Shown here one piece after another: positions 56,299 to 64,000 of a stretch of DNA of 64,000 bases. A model generated the notes under the pieces. That model worked only from the letters and a program-made list of their open reading frames with translations, was not told where the DNA came from and made no database searches. The position numbers and the translations under genes were made by a program. Within the stretch, counting starts at the first letter, position 1. Each line of letters opens with the position of its first letter. This stretch comes from an uncultured archaeon (GTDB taxonomy: Archaea > Aenigmatarchaeota > Aenigmatarchaeia > QMZP01 > JACQNV01), in the NCBI GenBank assembly GCA_964410585.1, contig CAYPFW010000002.1:96001-160000 (forward strand), given 5' to 3'.

Positions 56299-56799
56299 TC
56301 AACCTTCCAAAACTTTTTTCAGTTTTCTCCTAATCTCTTCTATTTGATCTGCATCCAAAGTGGAAATTAATTTCTCTATAACTAAAACAAAATTGGGGGC
56401 AAAATTGACATTTTCCTTTATATCTTCAAGTGGCACTAGCCTATTTGTATAATAGATAAGATCTATTCTTTGTTTTTTAGATTGTTGTATCTCTTTAATT
56501 ATTTTTAGATCTAGTTTATTTTCAAATAAAAATTCTATTAAAAGAATAGAACAGTCATGTATTTCAGAATCTATTCCACATTTTTGAAGTAGTGCATATA
56601 TAGCTTGATATCTCGAATAGTAAGCTGCATCAACTGCCCAATCGTATATACCCTCTTTCATGTTAACATTCATTGATTTTAGGGAATTGTGAGACTTTTT
56701 AATATATGCATCACAAAGATTGTCGTTTGGATTAGTTATTTTTATTCCTTTCTTTTGTTTTGAGCACCAAAACAATTTTCCTAAAACATCATCTCCCAT
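56299..56799 (-). CDS. HEPN-domain protein
   Basis: W....AYY, SEIHDC and R....YY motifs. Confidence 0.85.
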   Translation of the reverse strand: MGDDVLGKLFWCSKQKKGIKITNPNDNLCDAYIKKSHNSLKSMNVNMKEGIYDWAVDAAYYSRYQAIYALLQKCGIDSEIHDCSILLIEFLFENKLDLKIIKEIQQSKKQRIDLIYYTNRLVPLEDIKENVNFAPNFVLVIEKLISTLDADQIEEIRRKLKKVLEG

Positions 56800-57406
56800 A
56801 ATACCTCCATAAAATATCAACAAAAAATTCTACATTGTTCAAGATTATGTGGCCTTTGATGATTTCAATAATCAGATTGTCTTTTTCCTTTATTCCGTCC
56901 TCAAAATCTTTGTGTGAAGATTTTTGCATTTGAATGTTGATTTTGTAAAGTTTGGAAAAATCGTTTATTTTTTTTGTAATTTGTTTTTCTTCCTTTGTTT
57001 TGATGAGGAGAATGTCAATGTCGCTTTCTTTTGTCTCCTTTCCTTTTGCGTAGCTGCCAAAAAGAATGATAGGGGTATCTTTCATAACTGTACGAAGTTC
57101 ACCAAGGAGTTTTTTAAGCGTGAAATGTATCTCTAAAAATCTCATTAACTTCACCAATTCGGCATTCTTGATATAATCCTTTGTAAGGAAATTGTCTATA
57201 TTTAGAAAATATTGCTTGCTTTTGCCAACGTTCTGGTGTTTCATTATGCTTTTGTATTCCAATCTTTTCAAAGCAATTGATGCTGTCCTGTGGTTAACTT
57301 TCAGAAGTCTTGCTATTTCTCTTACATGAAGCTTAAGGTTATAGTCTCCTGAATAGAGCTTCAAAACTTCTAGTTCTGTTCCAATTGTGGATACTTTTTT
57401 ATCCAT
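56789..57406 (-). CDS. HTH-fused minimal nucleotidyltransferase (MNT)
   Basis: HVREIAR HTH; LFGSYAKG....SDID. Confidence 0.9.
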   Translation of the reverse strand: MDKKVSTIGTELEVLKLYSGDYNLKLHVREIARLLKVNHRTASIALKRLEYKSIMKHQNVGKSKQYFLNIDNFLTKDYIKNAELVKLMRFLEIHFTLKKLLGELRTVMKDTPIILFGSYAKGKETKESDIDILLIKTKEEKQITKKINDFSKLYKINIQMQKSSHKDFEDGIKEKDNLIIEIIKGHIILNNVEFFVDILWRYYGR

Positions 57407-57426
57407 ATGGATACTTTAGTATCCAT
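57387..57426. promoter_or_regulatory. Tandem 20-bp operators of the MNT-HEPN pair
   Basis: GTGGATACTTTTTTATCCAT followed by ATGGATACTTTAGTATCCAT, between the TATA box (57429-57436) and the start codon, which it overlaps. Confidence 0.75.
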
Positions 57427-57580
57427 GGTTTATAAAGCCTTATGATGTTAGTCTTAAAACAAGCATGACAAGTGTCTTAAAATTATGATGGTGTATATGT
57501 TTCTGATTGAAAAAGAGTAATATAGTAGCTTTCAAATTTTGGATAAAAGAAAAAATGAAAGTGGAAGCGGTATCTGGTGA

Positions 57581-58732
57581 TTAGATTGGTGTCAACACTA
57601 ACTCCCCGTTCACCACTCTCATCTCTGCCCAACTGTTGAAGTATGGATCACCGTTTTCTTTGAATCTAAAATTTATTGTGATCCCTTTGTAGTCTATTGT
57701 TTTGAAGTAATCCTTGACACACTCTGAATCTTCCCCGCATTTTGCCAAAGCTTCTTTCAGCATGTAGACAGCGTCGTATGTTGAAGCTACATAAAAGAAG
57801 TTATATGGTATTTCTGTTCCAAACTTCCCTTTGTATTTTTTGTTCAGCTCTTCAGACTCCCTTTTGGTTTTATCAGCATATGGAGTCACTGAAAATGCTG
57901 TTTCATCGAAGCCTTTGTCTGAAAGGTTATAGACTTCTTTTGTTATTGGTATTGTGTTTGAAAACACTGGCATCTTCATGTTCAACTCTTTCATCTGCTT
58001 CAAAATCAAGACAGCTGAGTTTGGTGTTTGTGGCGAAAAGAACAGTGAATCAGGATTCTTTTCTTTTATTTTGAGTAGCTGTGTCCTGAAATCTGTTTGT
58101 TCTGGGGGATATTCATCTTCACTCAGCACCTTTCCGCCTAATTTTTCAAAGGATTTTTTCACATCAATGCTCATGCTTTTTGCATATGCTGCTTGTTCTG
58201 TTAGCATTGATGTTGTTTTGTATTTTTTGATTGCTATTTCTGAAATCTTTTCTGCATTTTCTATTGTCGGCGGGCTTGTCCTGAATGCATAATCGCTACC
58301 ATCAACCGCACCATCAGATGACGTTATACCTGCAAGCAGGAAGACTTTGTTTTTGTCTACAATTGGTACAATAGCTGTTGTTTCTGGACTGCAGTGTCCG
58401 CCTAAGATGAATTTCACTTGGTCTACTTGTATAAGCTTGTTTGCTGAGTTAACAGCATCTTTGGGGTTGCATTTACCATCTTCATAAATTGGTTCCAACA
58501 TCCTTCCATTTACACCGCTGTTTTGGTTTATTTCATCGACAGCTAATTCAACCAGGTTTTTTGCACCAAGACCCCAAAGGGAAGGTGTTCCTGTTAGCGG
58601 TCCTATAAAACCTACTTTTATTGGTTGTTGTTTCTGGATTGTATTGCCTGTTAGTGTTAGAGAACCAACTCCAATCGCCAATATTCCAATGATAACCAAG
58701 ACCAATAATTTTTTGTTCATTTTAATCACCAT
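57581..58732 (-). CDS. LivJ-like substrate-binding protein 2
   Basis: KVGFIGPLTG, YEDGKC, GGHCS and DFRTQL motifs. Confidence 0.92.
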   Translation of the reverse strand: MVIKMNKKLLVLVIIGILAIGVGSLTLTGNTIQKQQPIKVGFIGPLTGTPSLWGLGAKNLVELAVDEINQNSGVNGRMLEPIYEDGKCNPKDAVNSANKLIQVDQVKFILGGHCSPETTAIVPIVDKNKVFLLAGITSSDGAVDGSDYAFRTSPPTIENAEKISEIAIKKYKTTSMLTEQAAYAKSMSIDVKKSFEKLGGKVLSEDEYPPEQTDFRTQLLKIKEKNPDSLFFSPQTPNSAVLILKQMKELNMKMPVFSNTIPITKEVYNLSDKGFDETAFSVTPYADKTKRESEELNKKYKGKFGTEIPYNFFYVASTYDAVYMLKEALAKCGEDSECVKDYFKTIDYKGITINFRFKENGDPYFNSWAEMRVVNGELVLTPI

Positions 58733-58830
58733 TCAAAATATTATCTACTTATTAGTGATATTTTGTAGATATAAATATTGCCTCCCTCCAAGTGGGCACC
58801 AATATAAAGGAGGAAAAATAAATAATCAAC

Positions 58831-59580
58831 ATGTATGAAGAGTTGTTAGCTGACATTGGCCTGACTAAATCAGAGATAGCTGTATACTTTGCACTCTTGG
58901 AATTGGGTAGCTCGACAACTGGGCCTATAATAAAAAGGTCTGAAATCGCATCAGGGAAGGCCTATATTGTCCTGAACAAACTTGTTCTAAAGGGTTTGGT
59001 TACATATGTGATAAAAGCAGGGACAAAATATTATCAAGCAAAAGACCCTGAAAGGTTGATCGATTATTTGAAGGAGAAAGAGGAGAATCTAAAAGAAAAA
59101 GAGGAGAAATTGAAAGATATCATACCAAAATTGAAGGCGAGATACGAAAAGGAAAAATACAAACCGCTTGCTGAAATTTATGAAGGCGTGAAAGGATTCA
59201 AAACATATATGGATTTTATGTTGAAAGAGACCGGAAAAGGTAATACAATAGACATAATGGGTGTTTCAAGGGAAGTGAATGAAAAGTTTGGATCATATCT
59301 TCTTGCTTGGAACAAGAAAAGGATAGGAATGGGGATAAAGCTAAGGATTTTATACAACCATGATTGCAAAGAGTTTGGAAAACTGAGGGAAAAAATGAAG
59401 TTAACTGAAGTAAGATATATGAAACCGGAAATAGAGACTCCTGCTCTGATAGATATATTTGGTGATTATGTTGTTACAGTTAATGTACACAATATTCCTG
59501 TATGCTTTCTGATCAAAAACAAGGAGTCTGGAGAGGCTTACAGAAAATATTTTGAAATAATTTGGAATCAGTCTAGTTAG
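58831..59580 (+). CDS. TrmB-family regulator 2
   Basis: IGLT..E..VY.ALL.LG and IYEG.KG motifs. Confidence 0.9.
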   Translation: MYEELLADIGLTKSEIAVYFALLELGSSTTGPIIKRSEIASGKAYIVLNKLVLKGLVTYVIKAGTKYYQAKDPERLIDYLKEKEENLKEKEEKLKDIIPKLKARYEKEKYKPLAEIYEGVKGFKTYMDFMLKETGKGNTIDIMGVSREVNEKFGSYLLAWNKKRIGMGIKLRILYNHDCKEFGKLREKMKLTEVRYMKPEIETPALIDIFGDYVVTVNVHNIPVCFLIKNKESGEAYRKYFEIIWNQSS

Positions 59581-60697
59581 TATATTCCACAAATTTTCCG
59601 TTTTTCACAGTCATTATTGTAAGCGGTTTTTCGACATCTCCGTTTTCATCAAAGCTTGTTAGACCAGAAAGACCTTCATAGTTTTTGGTGTTGTATAAAG
59701 CCATTTTCACACATTCTACATCTTGTTCACATTTTTTCAAAGCTTCTGCAATTATGAAAACAGCATCATAGGCTATAACAGTTCTGAAGCCTATTGTTTT
59801 ATTGTATTTTTGTTTGAATTTGTTTTCAAAGTCTTTTACAGCAGGGCTTGTTTTGTCAAACTTTGGAGCTGAGTATAAAACACCTTCTGCAGCTGATCCA
59901 GCAGCTGTCAAAAAGTCAGGTGTCTGTAGCGCTGTTGGACCAACTATTTGGGTTTGTATTCCGATTTCCCTTGCTTGTTTAACTGCAAGGCCGTGGTTTA
60001 TCTGTCCTGATACAAAAATTACATCGGGATTTTGGTTTTTTATTTTAGTTAACTGTGCTCTGAAATCAGTGTCAGCTTTTTCATATGATTCTTCGTTTAG
60101 AATTTTTCCTCCAAGCTCAGAAAACCTTTTTGCAAACTCTTTTTTGTAGTCTATACCATTGTCTAAATTTATGTATAGGCTGGAAGTTGTTCTAGCGCCT
60201 AGTTTGTTGTATGCAAAATCAGCGATCAAGTAGCTATAGTCTTTCCCGCTTGGAGTATTTCTGAAAACATAGTCACCTGCATGTGTGATTTGTGGTGTTG
60301 AGGCAACTGTTGTTAGTATTATTACTTTTTTCTCGTTTGCTAAAGGAGCGACTGAAAGAACATTAGACGAGCATGTGGGTCCTATAATTATTTTCAAACC
60401 GTTAACTGATGTCAGTTTTTCAAAGGCATTTATCGCAAGTTTTTGGTCGCATTCATCATCTTCGTACAAAATTTCCAATTTTTTCCCGCTTACTCCACCC
60501 TTTGAATTTATTTCGTTGACAGCAAAATCAATACCTGCCTTAACTTCTTCTGCAACAGCAGCTGAGCCCTTTGTGAGTGGTTGTATTGCCCCCAGTATTA
60601 TTTTTTCCTCACTTTTCACACCATTGAAAGTCAGTGTATAGCCAAAAACCAAAAGAACCAATGCAAGAAGGGTTGATAAAATAATTTTCTTTTCCAT
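59573..60697 (-). CDS. LivJ-like substrate-binding protein 3
   Basis: YEDDEC, GPTCSS, DFRAQL and FDENGD motifs. Confidence 0.92.
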   Translation of the reverse strand: MEKKIILSTLLALVLLVFGYTLTFNGVKSEEKIILGAIQPLTKGSAAVAEEVKAGIDFAVNEINSKGGVSGKKLEILYEDDECDQKLAINAFEKLTSVNGLKIIIGPTCSSNVLSVAPLANEKKVIILTTVASTPQITHAGDYVFRNTPSGKDYSYLIADFAYNKLGARTTSSLYINLDNGIDYKKEFAKRFSELGGKILNEESYEKADTDFRAQLTKIKNQNPDVIFVSGQINHGLAVKQAREIGIQTQIVGPTALQTPDFLTAAGSAAEGVLYSAPKFDKTSPAVKDFENKFKQKYNKTIGFRTVIAYDAVFIIAEALKKCEQDVECVKMALYNTKNYEGLSGLTSFDENGDVEKPLTIMTVKNGKFVEYTN

Positions 60698-60729
60698 AGA
60701 TATGGATCATGAGTAGGAATTATAAATTA

Positions 60730-60754
60730 TTGTCATATTTAAAGCTTATGACAA
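60730..60754. promoter_or_regulatory. Inverted repeat TTGTCATA-N9-TATGACAA in the TrmB3/SBP3 promoter
   Basis: Perfect 8-bp arms flanking a TTTAAA. Confidence 0.7.
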
Positions 60755-60764
60755 ATTATTAGTA

Positions 60765-61502
60765 ATGGAAAATATTCTGAAATCAGTCGGACTGACAGAG
60801 AATGAGTCAAAAGTTTACCTTCAGCTTCTTCGTCTGGGAAGTACGACAGCTGGCCCTCTGATAAAAAAATTGGGAATGCATAGGGCCGCTGTATACGATA
60901 CAATAGACTTGCTTGTCGAAAAAGGTCTTGTGGCATTTGTGATAAAAGCCAATAGGAAATATTTTGAGGCACATGATCCTGAAAGGCTTATAGAATATTT
61001 GGAAACAAAAAAACAGGGGATAGAACAGCAAGAAGAGCAACTAAAAAAAGAGATTCCTGCCTTACAAAATCTCAGAGTTTTGTCAAAAGAACAGCAAGAA
61101 GGATATGTATACAAAGGATTGAAGGGGATAAAATCTGTTTTAGATGATGTTCTCAAGGTTGGACAGCCTTGGTTGGCTTTTGGATCTAGAGGACAGTTTG
61201 AACAGGCCCTGCCAAGCTTCTACATACAGTTCCATAAAAGAAGGGAGAAAATGAAATTGCCGATGCGGATCATAAGAAGCGATGCTATAAGAAAAAGAGA
61301 AGAAAAACATAAATTCAAGTTTAGGGAAGTAAGGTATTTACCAGATAATCTCACAACACCATCAGTGACAATAATATATGGGGATAGGATTGCGGTTGTT
61401 GTTTTTTCAGAAGACCCAATGGCATTTGTTGTCAGGAGCAAAATAGTCGCAGATTCCTACAGAAACTATTTTGAGGTTTTGTGGAAAGCTGCTAAAACCT
61501 AA
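60765..61502 (+). CDS. TrmB-family regulator 3
   Basis: VGLT.NE.KVY..LL.LG, YKG.KG and YF..LW motifs. Confidence 0.9.
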   Translation: MENILKSVGLTENESKVYLQLLRLGSTTAGPLIKKLGMHRAAVYDTIDLLVEKGLVAFVIKANRKYFEAHDPERLIEYLETKKQGIEQQEEQLKKEIPALQNLRVLSKEQQEGYVYKGLKGIKSVLDDVLKVGQPWLAFGSRGQFEQALPSFYIQFHKRREKMKLPMRIIRSDAIRKREEKHKFKFREVRYLPDNLTTPSVTIIYGDRIAVVVFSEDPMAFVVRSKIVADSYRNYFEVLWKAAKT

Positions 61503-62605
61503 TCTAAATAAACAAACTTTCCATCTTTTACTGTTTTTAGATATATTTTTTTATCTACTATTCCATTTTTGATTTTGAATTTTCCGCTCGCACCACCTAT
61601 TTCAATTGTTTTTGAAACAGACTTCATACAATCTAATTCCTGTATTTTACACTTCTCAAAGGCTTTAACCATTAATGAGAATGCATCATAGCTATTTGCA
61701 GCATATATTTCTGGATCTTCTCCATATTTTTCTTTGTACTTTTTTGAAAACTCAGTTTGCTCGAGTTTTAGAGGATATGTGTAAACATACCCTTCTGCAT
61801 TTTCACTTGCAACTTTTAGGAAGGGTGCAGATTCTGATATTGTTGCTCCAAAAAGTTTTGTTTCTAATCTTAATTCTTTTGCTTGGTTTACTATTCTTCC
61901 CAAACCTTCTCCAGAATTTGCAATAAATAGTGCCTCTGTATCTGCGTTTTTGATTTTAGTGAGTTGGGTTCTGAAATCTGTATCTAAAAGATTGAATTTT
62001 TCAACCAAAATAATTTTCCCGCCAAGCGATTTGAATTCTTCCTGAAGCCAATGTGAATATGAGAAACCTAAATCATTCTGTACATGAGCTATTGAGAGTT
62101 TTTTTAGTCCTTGGGAAAATATGTATTCTGCAAGCCTTTTCATCTCTTCCCTCAAAGGCGGTTGTGTTGTAAATACGTGGTCATATTTTGCTTCGACAAC
62201 TGGATCAGAAAAAGCAGCTGGAGAAAAAACAATTGCTTTGTCTTTTGCTATTGGCGCAACAGAAGGTGTTACAGCTGAACAAAAAGAAACTATTGTTTTC
62301 ACATTGTCTAAATCGAGGAGTTTATGTGTGTTTGTCACAGCTGCATTTGGTTGGCATTTGTCATCTTCATATATAGTCTCTATTAACTTTCCATCTATCC
62401 CACCGTTTGAATTAATTTCTTCCTTTGATAACTCTATACCCCTTTGAACCCAGGATCCGTGAACCGCAATTGGACCAGTTAAAGGAAGCGTGACGCCTAT
62501 TTTTATTGTTTCTTGTTTGACCAAATTTCCTGTCAGGTTTGAAGCAGCAAAAGCTGCAAATACAATCGCAATAAATATGAATATTATCGAATATTTTTTT
62601 ACCAT
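61499..62605 (-). CDS. LivJ-like substrate-binding protein 4
   Basis: KIG..LPLTG, YEDDKC, DFRTQL and SYDA motifs. Confidence 0.92.
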   Translation of the reverse strand: MVKKYSIIFIFIAIVFAAFAASNLTGNLVKQETIKIGVTLPLTGPIAVHGSWVQRGIELSKEEINSNGGIDGKLIETIYEDDKCQPNAAVTNTHKLLDLDNVKTIVSFCSAVTPSVAPIAKDKAIVFSPAAFSDPVVEAKYDHVFTTQPPLREEMKRLAEYIFSQGLKKLSIAHVQNDLGFSYSHWLQEEFKSLGGKIILVEKFNLLDTDFRTQLTKIKNADTEALFIANSGEGLGRIVNQAKELRLETKLFGATISESAPFLKVASENAEGYVYTYPLKLEQTEFSKKYKEKYGEDPEIYAANSYDAFSLMVKAFEKCKIQELDCMKSVSKTIEIGGASGKFKIKNGIVDKKIYLKTVKDGKFVYLD

Positions 62606-62769
62606 ATGGTAGTTTACTCGGAAAAAGTAATATTAAGTTTTGTTGTAAGTTAAATGACTACAATAGAAAAGTTTATCAATACACAAGGCAAATATCAAAG
62701 AGATAGAAACATTTTAGAAGTTTCAATGGGCAAGTTCGCAGATCTTTCTAAAATGTCTATCGACCTGCT

Positions 62770-63492
62770 ATGGATACAGAAGTTTTGAGGGAAGTTGGAT
62801 TGAATGAAAACGAAATAAAGGTATACATAGCACTCCTGAGGTTGGGGTCGTCTAAAGTGAATGATGTTTATGATAAGACAAAAATACCAAGAACATTCAT
62901 CTATGAAGTTTTGAGAAGCCTTATACAGAAGGGCCTTGTTTCATATTCTATAAAATCTGGAATAAGATACTATGAGGCTGCTAAGCCTTTTAGGCTAAAA
63001 GAAATTCTCAAGGAAAAGGAATCAAAACTGGACTTGGTTTTACCTGAATTAGAAAATATAAAAAAGCTGGTGAAGAAAAAGCCAACAGTTGAATTGTATG
63101 AAGGAATAGAAGGGATAAAAACAATACTTGAGGATATTTTGAAATTAGGAAGAGGGGAGATCTTGTACGCTTATTCAAAAGAAGACATATTCAGTCTCCT
63201 AACATTTTATTTTCCTAATTTTATAAAAAGGCGCGCGAAAAAAGGGATATTTGCTAAAATAATTGAGGAAGAGACTCCTAAAATAAAAGAGTATCAGAAG
63301 CGCGACAAGCAAGAATACAGAGAGATGAGGGTCACAAAAACAAAATTTAGTTCTACTACATTTATTTATGGAGATAAAATTGCTTTGATTACAACAGGTA
63401 AAGATGAGCCAATTGGTGTTTTAATAGAAAACAAGGAAATTGCAGAGACACAGAAAAAAGTTTTTGAGATTATGTGGAATACTTTGGGTTAG
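62770..63492 (+). CDS. TrmB-family regulator 4
   Basis: VGLN.NE.KVY.ALL.LG and VELYEG.EG motifs. Confidence 0.9.
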   Translation: MDTEVLREVGLNENEIKVYIALLRLGSSKVNDVYDKTKIPRTFIYEVLRSLIQKGLVSYSIKSGIRYYEAAKPFRLKEILKEKESKLDLVLPELENIKKLVKKKPTVELYEGIEGIKTILEDILKLGRGEILYAYSKEDIFSLLTFYFPNFIKRRAKKGIFAKIIEEETPKIKEYQKRDKQEYREMRVTKTKFSSTTFIYGDKIALITTGKDEPIGVLIENKEIAETQKKVFEIMWNTLG

Positions 63493-64000
63493 CCACCCAA
63501 ATATAGCCTCTGCACGTTTTTGTCTTTGAGAAGGTCTTTCCCTTTTCCTGTGAGTTTTATTTTTCCTGTTTCAAAGACGTAGGCTCGATCAGATATTTCC
63601 AAGGCCATGTGAGCGTTTTGTTCAACTAAAAGGATTGTTGTGCCCTTTTTGTTTATTTCCTTTATTTTGTCGAAAACAAGTTTTACTGTTTTTGGATCTA
63701 AACCAAGGGAAGGCTCGTCTAAAAGAAGTAGTTTTGGTTCCAACATCAAAGCGCGGCCTATGGCAAGTTGTTGCTGCTGTCCACCGGAAAGGGTTGAGGC
63801 AAGTTGTTTTCTTTTTTGTTTGAGCACAGGAAAAATTGAATAAACATTTTCTAAATTTTTCTCGTATTTTTTATCGATGAAAGCCCCAAGCAAAAGATTG
63901 TTTTCAACATTCATGTTCCTGAAAATCTGTCTGCCTTGATGGACAAATGAAAGGCCTAATGAGGCGAGGTCATGTGGTTTTTTGCTTATTATTTCTTGCC
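63489..64000 (-). CDS. livF: ABC ATPase LivF (5' part lies outside the window)
   Basis: LSGGQQQ, DEPSLGL, LVEQN and YLG motifs; the frame stays open to the window edge. Confidence 0.92.
   Translation of the reverse strand, partial: QEIISKKPHDLASLGLSFVHQGRQIFRNMNVENNLLLGAFIDKKYEKNLENVYSIFPVLKQKRKQLASTLSGGQQQQLAIGRALMLEPKLLLLDEPSLGLDPKTVKLVFDKIKEINKKGTTILLVEQNAHMALEISDRAYVFETGKIKLTGKGKDLLKDKNVQRLYLGG

Noticed and set aside
1253-63843. Numerous 60-190 aa antisense or out-of-frame ORFs in the track
   Set aside because: They fully overlap well-supported genes and lack motifs; treated as shadow ORFs.

Overview
AT-rich, densely packed archaeal chromosome segment with archaeal r-proteins, aIF2beta, aIF6, egsA, DGGGP synthase, an FtsZ2-type ftsZ and BHB-intron tRNAs. 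Gene style suggests a small-genome DPANN archaeon, possibly Aenigmarchaeota-like (inference). Most genes are housekeeping, with orphan genes interspersed. Main points of interest: (1) four tRNA genes, three with introns; tRNA-Tyr has three introns and a 6-nt exon, tRNA-Gly has two. (2) A family of short, nested palindromic repeats occurs both between genes and inside tRNA introns, with empty and filled sites visible. (3) A dispersed LivFHMG ABC transporter carries four divergent TrmB-regulator/substrate-binding-protein cassettes and an MNT-HEPN pair. (4) An ether-lipid neighbourhood has a divergent cis-prenyltransferase-fold gene next to egsA and no visible GGGP synthase. (5) An orphan repeat/coiled-coil gene trio. 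(6) A GGGG-tetraloop structured RNA upstream of ftsZ. All calls were made by eye from motifs; no database searches were run.
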